Shown here: in pieces, positions 1 through 8,442 of the stretch
How the letters are laid out: the number at the start of each line of letters is the position of its first letter
Numbering within the stretch: position 1 is the stretch's first letter
Source: an uncultured delta proteobacterium
Lineage (GTDB): Bacteria > Desulfobacterota > Binatia > UBA9968
DNA: 35,895 nt
Direction: 5' to 3'
Assembly: GCA_963728565.1 (NCBI GenBank)
Contig: CAVSLC010000008.1
Span: 1 to 35,895 of the forward strand
Position numbers and translations under genes: made by a program
Notes under the pieces: model-generated
What the model was told of the DNA's origin: nothing
The model's input: only the letters and a program-made list of their open reading frames with translations
Databases searched by the model: none

Positions 1-1525
1 GTTCCGGCAAAAGCTGGGTGAAGGTGCGAATCGCCACCAACGGATTACGAATCTCATGAGCCAACCCGGCTGTGAGTAATCCCAAGGATGACAGCCGATC
101 GGCACGCCGAAGCGTATCCTGCGACTGCTTCAGATTTTGGTAAAGCCGCGCATTTTCGATGGCAACCGCCGCCTGATTAGCTAGGGTGGAGAGCAGTTTG
201 ATGTCATCGTTGGAGTACACTTCCATATTCTCTTTGTGTCCAAGATTAAGCATCCCGATAATACTTCCTTGGGAAATGATCGGAAGGCTGATCTCCGCGT
301 CAATTTTCCGCATTGTTGCAACGATCTCTGGAGTATTTTCCAGCGCAACGGACATTTCCACTTCTTCTCTTATGATACCCTGGGGGCTTCTACTAATTGC
401 TTTAACAAACGGATCATTGCGGGTGAGGTAATTGCCCGGAACTTTATCGGCGTCCACTCCTACTATTGCTTTAATGCGAAAAATGCCTTTAACGTCGTCG
501 ACTAAGTAGAGCGACGCATTCTTTACAGCGAAAGCTCTACTAATTGTTCTAACTAGGTTGTTTGACAAGTCCTCTAAATCAATGATGGATACCATGTCCT
601 TGCTGGAACGTAATAACGTATCCCGGTAATTTACCCTTTGAAAGAGAACTCTTTCTAATGCATCTTCGGTTAAGAAACGAACCTTTGGGAATAAAAAGCC
701 AACAGCGATGAACAACAAAAGCGTTATTAGCGAAAAGTTATAGTTCACAAGACCGAAAGCCAGCTTCTGTCCCCATATTACGATGGCATAACAAGGCAGT
801 AATAAACCAAGTAGAAGCAGCGCGTAAATAAGGCTTTTCTTTATTGCAACCTCGATATCCATCAGCCGATAGCGAGCCACCGCATAGGTAATTGGGAATG
901 TATAAAAATAAACCATCGGCGCGGCGAACGGCGGAATCGTCACGCTAATGAAAGGAAGAAACGAGGTGGATCCCAAAGCAAAGCCTATGGCACTTGAATA
1001 AAGAACATATTTGAATTGATTTTTCCGCAGGACTGCATCCGTCCGGAAATATGACGAGCCAAGCTTGACAATCGCCAATGCTGGTAGGATGACCCAAGAA
1101 GCAAAAAACACGACGTACATAGTAGATGGAGTCTCGTAAAATCGCCCATGCGGGTAGTATCTGACGCCGTCCACAAGGAAGCCACTGAACAGAAGCAAGA
1201 GCTGCACAATTTCAATAGCATAAGACTTTAGGAATATATTTAGATGCCCTTTGTCCTCATCCAAAAGTGAAAGAATAAAACGAAGATAGTTGGTTGGAAT
1301 AAAGATAGCGCCAAGGTAAATCACCTGAGCTGCAGCCGATGCAAAAACTTCTGATTCAGTAAGCTCCATTGTCAAGCGCCCTATATGCCAGACGCTTATC
1401 GCGACACAAAGATAGCACCATGTACGTCGTGTGGATGCTCGTGCTTCACCACGATAAAATACAAAGAGACCTGCTATTAACGAGCATACGGCTCCAACAG
1501 CGTAGTTAATTGTATACCAGGACAA
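1..1525 (-). CDS. Membrane sensor histidine kinase, HisKA_7TM-type N-terminus + GAF + HisKA; 3' end beyond the window
   Basis: Hand-translated, not in the ORF track. Frame is open from TTG at 1525 to the window edge (508 codons). Multi-TM N-terminus MSWYTINYAVGAVCSLIAGLFVF..., RKNQFKYVLYSSAIGF and YAVARYRLMDIEV segments typical of 7TM kinases, GAF exit LSTLANQAAVAIENARLY, H-box LGLLTAGLAHEIRNPLVAIRTF. TTG start lies 6 nt after the ketosynthase stop. Confidence 0.9.
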   Translation of the reverse strand, partial: MSWYTINYAVGAVCSLIAGLFVFYRGEARASTRRTWCYLCVAISVWHIGRLTMELTESEVFASAAAQVIYLGAIFIPTNYLRFILSLLDEDKGHLNIFLKSYAIEIVQLLLLFSGFLVDGVRYYPHGRFYETPSTMYVVFFASWVILPALAIVKLGSSYFRTDAVLRKNQFKYVLYSSAIGFALGSTSFLPFISVTIPPFAAPMVYFYTFPITYAVARYRLMDIEVAIKKSLIYALLLLGLLLPCYAIVIWGQKLAFGLVNYNFSLITLLLFIAVGFLFPKVRFLTEDALERVLFQRVNYRDTLLRSSKDMVSIIDLEDLSNNLVRTISRAFAVKNASLYLVDDVKGIFRIKAIVGVDADKVPGNYLTRNDPFVKAISRSPQGIIREEVEMSVALENTPEIVATMRKIDAEISLPIISQGSIIGMLNLGHKENMEVYSNDDIKLLSTLANQAAVAIENARLYQNLKQSQDTLRRADRLSSLGLLTAGLAHEIRNPLVAIRTFTQLLPE

Positions 1526-1531
1526 GGCTTT

Positions 1532-2791
1532 CTACTCTTGCGGCGTTCCAATTACACATGCAGCGTTGTAACCGCCAAATCCAGCGGAGAGGGAGAGCAC
1601 TCGGTTCAAAGATTGGGCACGACCTATGTTTGGAACAAAGTCTAGATCACACTCCGGATCCGGACTGACCAAATTTATTGTCGGGTGAACAAACTGCCGT
1701 TCTAGCATAAGAGCACACGCTACCATTTCGAGAGCACCACAAGCGCCTAGAGTGTGGCCCGTCATTGATTTAGTCGAACTCGCCGACAGCTCGTAAGCAT
1801 GATGCCCGAAGACTTTTTTTATCGCCAGTGTCTCAGCCTTGTCGTTAAGGATGGATGCGGTTCCGTGAGGATTGATATAATCGACCTGCTCTGGTTTCAA
1901 GCAAGCATCGGCCAATGCGTTCGAAATCGCTTTTGCACAATACTCGGCAGACGGTAAGGGGTGGTGAGTATGATAGCCATCGAAAGTCTCGCCATATCCC
2001 AGCACCTCGCCATAAATCGTCGCGCGCCGCGCTATAGCATGCTGGTATTCCTCCAAAATAAGAATTGCGGCCCCTTCGGCTAGCACAATGCCGGTCCTAT
2101 CTCTACTGAACGGGCGGCAAGCCTTCGTTGGATCACCATTTTGGGAAGCCAGTAGCCCTACAGCTGAGAACGAAGCCATGACCAGAGGCGTTATCGGAGC
2201 TTCAGAGGCTCCCGCAATCGCCAAGTTGAAGCGTCCCTCTCGGATCAACCTAAAGGCCTCGCCAATTGCGACAGTTCCCGAAGCACAAGCGGCGATAGTC
2301 GTTGATACAGAGCCGTGAACTCCGCAAAGTATTCCTATTTGTGAAGCAAGTGAGCTAGGTAAGACTAAGCTGCTGAAGAAAGGGTGAATCCGTTTCAAAC
2401 CCTTTTCCATGAACACTGAATGAACTTCCTCGGCTTGGCTCAATGCACCGATTACCGTCCCCATCCGAATACAGGTTCTCTCGGCGTCAGCTTCAGCGAA
2501 ACGGAGCGGTAGATTTGCATCGTCGAGCGCCAGCTTCGTAGCTGCGATACCCATCAATGCAAACCGGTCCAAACGACGTGTAAACTCTTTGGGGAAAAAA
2601 ATGTGCGGGTCGAAATCGATGATTTCCCCAGCTATGCGCACGGGAAATGTCTCAGCATTGAATGAAGTAATGGGCTTGATTCCCGATCGTCCATTCTTTA
2701 TTGTCTCCCAGAACGATTCCTTGCCAATGCCTGCAGACGAGAGAATTCCAAGACCAGTGATGACCACTCTTCTCCCGCCTTTGTCTCTCAT
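1532..2791 (-). CDS. fabF: Beta-ketoacyl-[ACP] synthase II (FabF-like ketosynthase), probably an accessory paralog
   Basis: RRVVITGLG start, catalytic Cys in IAACASG, His in INPHGT, His in KSMTGH, C-terminal GFGG. No acpP/fabG nearby, so the symbol denotes family only. Confidence 0.85.
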   Translation of the reverse strand: MRDKGGRRVVITGLGILSSAGIGKESFWETIKNGRSGIKPITSFNAETFPVRIAGEIIDFDPHIFFPKEFTRRLDRFALMGIAATKLALDDANLPLRFAEADAERTCIRMGTVIGALSQAEEVHSVFMEKGLKRIHPFFSSLVLPSSLASQIGILCGVHGSVSTTIAACASGTVAIGEAFRLIREGRFNLAIAGASEAPITPLVMASFSAVGLLASQNGDPTKACRPFSRDRTGIVLAEGAAILILEEYQHAIARRATIYGEVLGYGETFDGYHTHHPLPSAEYCAKAISNALADACLKPEQVDYINPHGTASILNDKAETLAIKKVFGHHAYELSASSTKSMTGHTLGACGALEMVACALMLERQFVHPTINLVSPDPECDLDFVPNIGRAQSLNRVLSLSAGFGGYNAACVIGTPQE

Positions 2792-2873
2792 GCGAACCTT
2801 CTATTTTTTTGCCTGAGTGCTTTGTAAGATTGAATCGACCGCGAATTCTGACGCACGCGAAAGGTCTAAGCAG

Positions 2874-3065
2874 CTAACCAGAATCTGAATAGGACAGATT
2901 AGAATTTTTGAGCAGCCATGCATCAATCATTTCTCTATTAAATCTCCATTGGTTGCCAACCTTAAAGGCTGGAATGTTCTTCTGAGTTACCAACCTATAA
3001 ACAGTGAACTTGTCCACCTTCAGATACTCGGCAACTTGGGCCGTGGTCAGCAAATTATCTTGCAT
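2874..3065 (-). CDS. Small excisionase/BldC-like helix-turn-helix DNA-binding protein (HTH_17)
   Basis: 63 aa, LLTTAQVAEYLKVDKFTVYRLV...IPAFKVGNQWRF..EMIDAWL matches the Xis-type HTH pattern. Confidence 0.88.
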   Translation of the reverse strand: MQDNLLTTAQVAEYLKVDKFTVYRLVTQKNIPAFKVGNQWRFNREMIDAWLLKNSNLSYSDSG

Positions 3066-3105
3066 CTTACGCGTCCTTATGGCACCCTTTGGCGTCTTTT
3101 GGCAT
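3061..3105. repeat. Imperfect direct-repeat array with about 10-bp period; candidate HTH binding site
   Basis: tgcatcttac/gcgtccttat/ggcacccttt/ggcgtctttt/ggcat; minus-strand consensus about RYGCCAWAAG. Confidence 0.6.
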
Positions 3106-3106
3106 G

Positions 3107-3135
3107 GATATATAAGACTCGTAAAACTTAGTCAA
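3107..3135 (-). promoter_or_regulatory. Putative sigma70 promoter of the HTH-ketosynthase-kinase unit
   Basis: Minus strand TTGACT-N17-TATATC. Confidence 0.45.
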
Positions 3136-3153
3136 CGCCAAACTGGAGATGAA

Positions 3154-4455
3154 ATGAGAAGAAGGCCATCCGGAACCTCCGTGTTTCTGTTGTTTCTTGC
3201 GTTTTCATCGTTAACTCGTGATGCGTTTTCGGGTGGCTACATGATCCCGCATCAAACAGCCCGGGGTCTCGGCCTCTCAAATGCGATGACTGCTGGAGTG
3301 AATGATCCGTCGGCGGTCTACTATAACCCCGCTGCTCTTGGTGAGGTCGACGGAAATAATTTGCTGCTGAGCGGCACTTACGTAAACGTACAAAGTTCGG
3401 TCGAAAATAGTGGACGACGCGCCCGTAACAAACACGACGACAACTTTCTCGCGACGCTATTTGCCAATTACCACCTTCCAAATACCGACTTTAGTTTTGG
3501 AGTAGGTGCGTATTCTCCTTTCGGCCTGGCAACAACCTACGAAAGTGATTTCACTCGGTTTGCCGCTGAACGAACCGAGCTGAAAACCATTTACATAACA
3601 CCCGCGGCGGCTTGGCACCCTTCCAAATATTTTTCCGTCGGAGCCGGTGCGAGCTTTGTCCATGCCTCTGGCCTATTTTCGAGAGGGCTCTGCCTTGATC
3701 CTATAACCAGTTGTACATCGCCCATCGGCCTGGAAGGTCGACTCCGTCTAACAGATACCGCGAACGCTTTCGCCTACAATATAGGAGCGCTGATCAAACC
3801 TATAGACAGTGTTAAAATTGGATTTAGCTACAGGTCTCGGGTGGATCTGCGTTTCGACGACGCAGACGTGAAATTACGTGGGTCCTTCTCTACAGCCACT
3901 ACGAAAGCAGACATTAGGCCGATTCCTCTCCCGCCGGTTATTAACACCGGCGTCTTCTGGCAAGTGAGGCCAAACTGGGGAGCCGAGTTAGTCTATGAAT
4001 ACACCCGATGGAGCGAGTTCAAGAACTTCAATGCAACGTTTTCACCAAGCCCGACCTTCTTGCCTTTGGGGTTCCCCATCTCGGGATTTAGTTTTCCTGA
4101 GGACTGGAAAAATACCAGTACCCTAAGATTCGGCAGCTACTATGTGCTGAACAAGAACTGGGAATTGCGCGGAGGGCTTGCGGTAGAAGAATCACCCATA
4201 CCAAATCATACACTGAATCCAGCTATCCCTGGTGCTGATTTGTTAACGTTGAATGCTGGTTTGGGCTATAAGTGGGAGAACATTTCGCTCGATGTCGGCT
4301 ATATGGCGGTGTTTTACAAAAATCGAAGAGTAACCAACAGTGAGTTAGAGGGGCTTCCGGCCACCAGTCCTTTGGGCTTTGCAGGCGCTCCGGGCAACGA
4401 CAAATATGAAACTTTCAATAACTTCGTCACAGTATCATTAGGGTATCGCTTTTAG
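3154..4455 (+). CDS. fadL: FadL/OmpP1/TodX-family outer-membrane transporter of long-chain fatty acids or hydrophobic compounds
   Basis: Start moved to ATG 3154 (GGAG at 3145-3148), signal-peptide-like N-terminus, hatch motif GLGLSNAMTAGVNDPSAVYYNPAAL, SPFGLAT, C-terminal aromatic SLGYRF. Confidence 0.85.
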   Translation: MRRRPSGTSVFLLFLAFSSLTRDAFSGGYMIPHQTARGLGLSNAMTAGVNDPSAVYYNPAALGEVDGNNLLLSGTYVNVQSSVENSGRRARNKHDDNFLATLFANYHLPNTDFSFGVGAYSPFGLATTYESDFTRFAAERTELKTIYITPAAAWHPSKYFSVGAGASFVHASGLFSRGLCLDPITSCTSPIGLEGRLRLTDTANAFAYNIGALIKPIDSVKIGFSYRSRVDLRFDDADVKLRGSFSTATTKADIRPIPLPPVINTGVFWQVRPNWGAELVYEYTRWSEFKNFNATFSPSPTFLPLGFPISGFSFPEDWKNTSTLRFGSYYVLNKNWELRGGLAVEESPIPNHTLNPAIPGADLLTLNAGLGYKWENISLDVGYMAVFYKNRRVTNSELEGLPATSPLGFAGAPGNDKYETFNNFVTVSLGYRF

Positions 4456-4516
4456 CGTCGCCCGCAGTTTAAGTGTCCGATAAATCCGCCAGGCATTCCG
4501 CAGACACCTTCGCAAC

Positions 4517-6250
4517 CTAGTTAGATCTTTTCGTCGCCTTCTGAAGGTTCGCCCAAGAATCCCGCAGGGTTACCGTCCGATTGAACACCGGCTTACGTTT
4601 CGTCGAATCTACCGAATCAACGCAAAAATAGCCTAGTCTTTCGAACTGATAGAGCTCTCCTATTTGCGCATTCGCAAGAAGCGGCTCTACTCGGCAGTCC
4701 GTCAGCACCTCCAGCGATTTTGGATTAACGTTGGTTAACCAGTCAACGCCGTCGGGGACGGCATCGGGGTCTTCCTTACTGAACAGATAATCATAGAGGC
4801 GGACCTCAGCTTCCTTAGCATGGTCGGCCGACACCCAGTGAATGGTGGCTTTTACTTTGCGGTTGCTCTGAGAAGAACCACTTTTGGTTTCTGGGTCGTA
4901 GGTACAACGCAGTTCGCGGATTTCGCCGGTCTCCGGGTCTTTGACAACGTCGGTGCATTTGATGATGTATGCGTAACGCAGCCGAACCTCACGCCCCGGC
5001 GATAACCGGAAAAATCCTTTGGGCGGTTCTTCGCGGAAATCATCTTGCTCGATGTAGACGACTTCAGAGAACGGAACAAGCCGCGTGCCGCTACTGACAT
5101 CTTCCGGGTTATTGACTGCCTCCAAGTGTTCGACCTGTCCAGCGGGATAATTTTCGATGACGACCTTGATGGGCCTTAACACCGCCATCACTCGCGCCGC
5201 GCGCTTGTTGAGGTCCTCACGCAGACAGTGTTCCAACATGGCGATATCGACCGTGCTGTTCCGCTTGGCCACGCCAATGCGCTCGCAAAAAGTTCGGATT
5301 GCTTCGGCCGTATAACCGCGACGCCGGAAACCCGCCAAGGTCGGCATTCGTGGATCATCCCAGCCGGAGACATGATTTTGTTGAACGAGTTGCAGAAGCT
5401 TTCTCTTGCTGAGTACGGTGTGGCTTAGATTGAGCCTCGCAAACTCAATTTGCTGCGGATGATGGATACCCAACTGACTGAGAAACCAGTCGTATAGAGG
5501 CCTGTGATCCTCGAACTCCAATGTACAGATCGAGTGAGTGATTCCTTCAATTGAATCTGACTGCCCATGGGCGAAATCATAAGTCGGATAGATGCACCAC
5601 CGATCCCCGGTCCGATGATGCGCCGCATGAAGAATACGGTACATCACCGGATCCCGCAGGTTTAAATTAGGCGATGCCATATCTATCTTAGCCCGCAGAG
5701 TGCGCGCGCCGTCCGGAAACTCACCCGCTTTCATGCGCTCAAACAGATCTAGATTCTGATCAATTGGACGATCCCGGAACGGGCTATTCCGGCCCGGTTC
5801 GGTAAGCGTGCCACGGTACTGGCGCATCTGATCACTGTTCAGATCGCAAACATAGGCCTTTCCGTCTTCGATAATTTGCACAGCAAACTGATACAGGCGA
5901 TCGAAATAATCTGAAGCGTAATACTCCCGATCACCCCAGTCGAAACCCAGCCAGCGAACATCTTCTCGAATGGATTCGACGTATTCGATATCTTCTTTGC
6001 TTGGATTGGTATCGTCCAAGCGAAGATTGCAGAGCCCGCCGAATTCTGCCGCAAGACCGAAGTTCAAACAGATAGATTTCGCATGGCCAATGTGAAGATA
6101 GCCGTTGGGCTCCGGTGGAAATCGCGTGTGAACGCGCCCCTGATGCTTGCCTGTTTCAACATCGTCAGCAACGATATTCCGGATAAAATTAGACGACGCC
6201 GCATCGGTAGATGCCACGGCGTCCTTCACATCTGATACTTCACTATTCAC
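4517..6250 (-). CDS. glnS: Glutamine--tRNA ligase
   Basis: [19 protein letters not shown] (HIGH), [23 protein letters not shown]; GTG start with GAGGAG RBS. Confidence 0.97.
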   Translation of the reverse strand: MNSEVSDVKDAVASTDAASSNFIRNIVADDVETGKHQGRVHTRFPPEPNGYLHIGHAKSICLNFGLAAEFGGLCNLRLDDTNPSKEDIEYVESIREDVRWLGFDWGDREYYASDYFDRLYQFAVQIIEDGKAYVCDLNSDQMRQYRGTLTEPGRNSPFRDRPIDQNLDLFERMKAGEFPDGARTLRAKIDMASPNLNLRDPVMYRILHAAHHRTGDRWCIYPTYDFAHGQSDSIEGITHSICTLEFEDHRPLYDWFLSQLGIHHPQQIEFARLNLSHTVLSKRKLLQLVQQNHVSGWDDPRMPTLAGFRRRGYTAEAIRTFCERIGVAKRNSTVDIAMLEHCLREDLNKRAARVMAVLRPIKVVIENYPAGQVEHLEAVNNPEDVSSGTRLVPFSEVVYIEQDDFREEPPKGFFRLSPGREVRLRYAYIIKCTDVVKDPETGEIRELRCTYDPETKSGSSQSNRKVKATIHWVSADHAKEAEVRLYDYLFSKEDPDAVPDGVDWLTNVNPKSLEVLTDCRVEPLLANAQIGELYQFERLGYFCVDSVDSTKRKPVFNRTVTLRDSWANLQKATKRSN

Positions 6251-6345
6251 AACGTTCTCCTCGGTCGTCTATACTATCATGATCATCGCTGTTTTAAACG
6301 CGGTCGCCGTTGACCCTATTTTGGCTCCCTGTTAGGTTGACGGCG

Positions 6346-7770
6346 ATGATTCAAATCCGCACTCGCTTTGCGCCTAGCCCCACAGGCTATCTGCATATCG
6401 GCGGCGCCCGCACGGCTCTTTTTAATTACCTGTTCGCGGGTCATCACGGCGGCAAGTTCATTCTGCGCATCGAAGATACCGATCGCGAGCGATCAACACG
6501 CGAAGCAATCGAGGCTATTCTCGAAGCGATGAAATGGCTGAAGCTTGACTACGATGAAGGTCCCTTTTTTCAGACAGAGCGCTTTGCACTCTACAAGGAT
6601 AAGATTCAGCAGCTATTGGCCGCTGGCAAAGCCTATCCGTGCGTCTGCACACCTCAGGATCTCGATGCCAAACGCCAGCTCGCGCAAAAGGAAAAGCGCA
6701 AGTCGTCTTATGATGGGACTTGTCGCCCGCCCGAAGGCGTCATTCCTCGTTTGCCGGAAGGCAAGCCTTATACCATCCGATTCCGCTCGCTTCAGCTTGG
6801 AACCACGGTTGTCAATGATCTTGTTAAAGGCAATATCATTTTCGAGAATCGCGAGCTCGATGACTTGATCATCGCGCGATCTGACGGAACTCCAACGTAC
6901 AATTTTTGCGTGGTCGTGGACGATATCGAGATGAAGATCAGCCATATTATCCGCGGCGACGATCATCTGGCCAACACGCCACGACAGATTCAATTGTACC
7001 AGGCTATGGGACAGGCATTGCCGCAATTTGCCCATGTACCATTGATTCTTGGCACGGACAAAGCGCGCCTCAGCAAGCGCCATGGCGCAACTTCCGTAAC
7101 GGCTTATCGCGACATGGGTTATCTTCCAGAGGCGGTCGTCAACTACCTGGTTCGACTAGGATGGTCGCACGGCGACGAAGAAATTTTTTCCCGCGACGAA
7201 CTCATCGAGAAGTTCTCTCTGGACAGCATCGGTAAATCTGCCGGTATCTTTAATCCCGAGAAATTTCTTTGGTTGAATTCCCACTACATCAAGTCGCGCC
7301 CGCCGGGGGAGTTAGCTAGAGACATCATTCCGTTCATAGAGGCAAAGGGATACCCGGCGCCCAAAGATTTGGACTGGCTTGAGAAGATGACTGCAACACT
7401 CAAGGACCGAGCCAAGACTTTGGTCGAACTTGTCGAGCAAGCGCATTACTACCTGTCGGATGATATTTCGATCGATGAAAAAGCCGCAAAAAAGTTCTTG
7501 GTCCCTGAAATCAGAGAGCCGCTTAACAGGCTGGTTCAAAAGCTTAGTGATCTTACCAATTTTAGCGATGGCGCTGTTCAGCAGGCTTTTGCGGAAGTCC
7601 TGGAGCAAACCGGTCTGTCAATGGGGAAATTGGCCCAACCTGTACGTGTCGCACTGACCGGCTCAACCATCAGTCCAGGCATTCATGAGGTCATTGCGGT
7701 TCTCGGCAAAGAGCGAACGTTGAAACGATTAAACGCTGCGATGCAAAGCTTGGATTCCCCAACCCAATGA
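6346..7770 (+). CDS. gltX: Glutamate--tRNA ligase
   Basis: RFAPSPTGYLHIGGARTA, IIRGDDHLANT, LSKRHGA; start moved to ATG 6346. Confidence 0.97.
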   Translation: MIQIRTRFAPSPTGYLHIGGARTALFNYLFAGHHGGKFILRIEDTDRERSTREAIEAILEAMKWLKLDYDEGPFFQTERFALYKDKIQQLLAAGKAYPCVCTPQDLDAKRQLAQKEKRKSSYDGTCRPPEGVIPRLPEGKPYTIRFRSLQLGTTVVNDLVKGNIIFENRELDDLIIARSDGTPTYNFCVVVDDIEMKISHIIRGDDHLANTPRQIQLYQAMGQALPQFAHVPLILGTDKARLSKRHGATSVTAYRDMGYLPEAVVNYLVRLGWSHGDEEIFSRDELIEKFSLDSIGKSAGIFNPEKFLWLNSHYIKSRPPGELARDIIPFIEAKGYPAPKDLDWLEKMTATLKDRAKTLVELVEQAHYYLSDDISIDEKAAKKFLVPEIREPLNRLVQKLSDLTNFSDGAVQQAFAEVLEQTGLSMGKLAQPVRVALTGSTISPGIHEVIAVLGKERTLKRLNAAMQSLDSPTQ

Positions 7771-7784
7771 CGCTCTAATCTGCC

Positions 7785-7813
7785 TTGATTTCACCGCTTG
7801 ATTCTTTTAATTT
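7785..7813 (+). promoter_or_regulatory. Putative sigma70 promoter for the tRNA pair
   Basis: TTGATT-N17-TAATTT, 16 nt before tRNA-Gln. Confidence 0.45.
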
Positions 7814-7829
7814 GAAGCCTCTGAGAACT

Positions 7830-7905
7830 TGAGGAGTCGGCTAATTGGTAAGCCACCTGACTCTGGATCAGGCGATTGAAGGTTCGAGTCCTTCCTCCTC
7901 AGCCA
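7830..7905 (+). tRNA. tRNA-Gln (anticodon CTG)
   Basis: Acceptor TGAGGAG/CTCCTCA + G-CCA, anticodon arm CCTGA-CT-CTG-GA-TCAGG, T arm GAAGG-TTCGAGT-CCTTC. Confidence 0.96.
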
Positions 7906-7907
7906 AC

Positions 7908-7982
7908 GGTCCCATCGTCTAGCGGTTAGGACACCGGCCTCTCACGTCGGTAACACGGGTTCGATTCCCGTTGGGACCACCA
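7908..7982 (+). tRNA. tRNA-Glu (anticodon CTC)
   Basis: Acceptor GGTCCCA/TGGGACC + A-CCA, anticodon arm CCGGC-CT-CTC-AC-GTCGG, T arm ACGGG-TTCGATT-CCCGT. Confidence 0.96.
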
Positions 7983-8442
7983 CTTTCAAAGCGTAGCGGT
8001 TGATCCGAAATTGCGGCGAACCTTTGGGGTGCTCCTTAGGTTCGTGTTCGTCTCACAACTGTGGAGTTAACACCACATCTGGCTTCTTCCCAGTACCCAA
8101 TTAAAAGATGACCTGGGCCTTTGCCTTAACCACCTTCGATCCTCTGTTGTCCGCCAAAGCTGAAGACTCTCTCGACTGCCTATCCGCAAATCGAATTTAC
8201 ACAGAGATCCCTACCTCACCCTACTCTGAACCGTCCTTGACAAGATTTCGTTGAATGATCGATATTGCCAGAAAAGATGACGGGAGCTGTCCCACTCAGC
8301 AGGCAAGTCCATGCGGTAATATTTGCTAGGTCCAAAAAGCCGATTTTGAGACTCAGCTACCCGGAGGTCGACTATGAATGCAGCGACTGTCGCTTCGTAC
8401 GAAGGGATATAATTTTCTGCAAACGTTGACTCGGAGGTATCC

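Noticed and set aside
2874-3065. Excisionase as a marker of a prophage or ICE
   Set aside because: No integrase, att pair or phage/conjugation genes in the window; the context fits a transcriptional regulator.
3079-3112. Sigma54 -24/-12 promoter (TGGCAC / TGGCAT)
   Set aside because: GG-to-GC spacing is 9 rather than 10 for the first, and the second has no GC at -12; better explained as part of the direct repeats.
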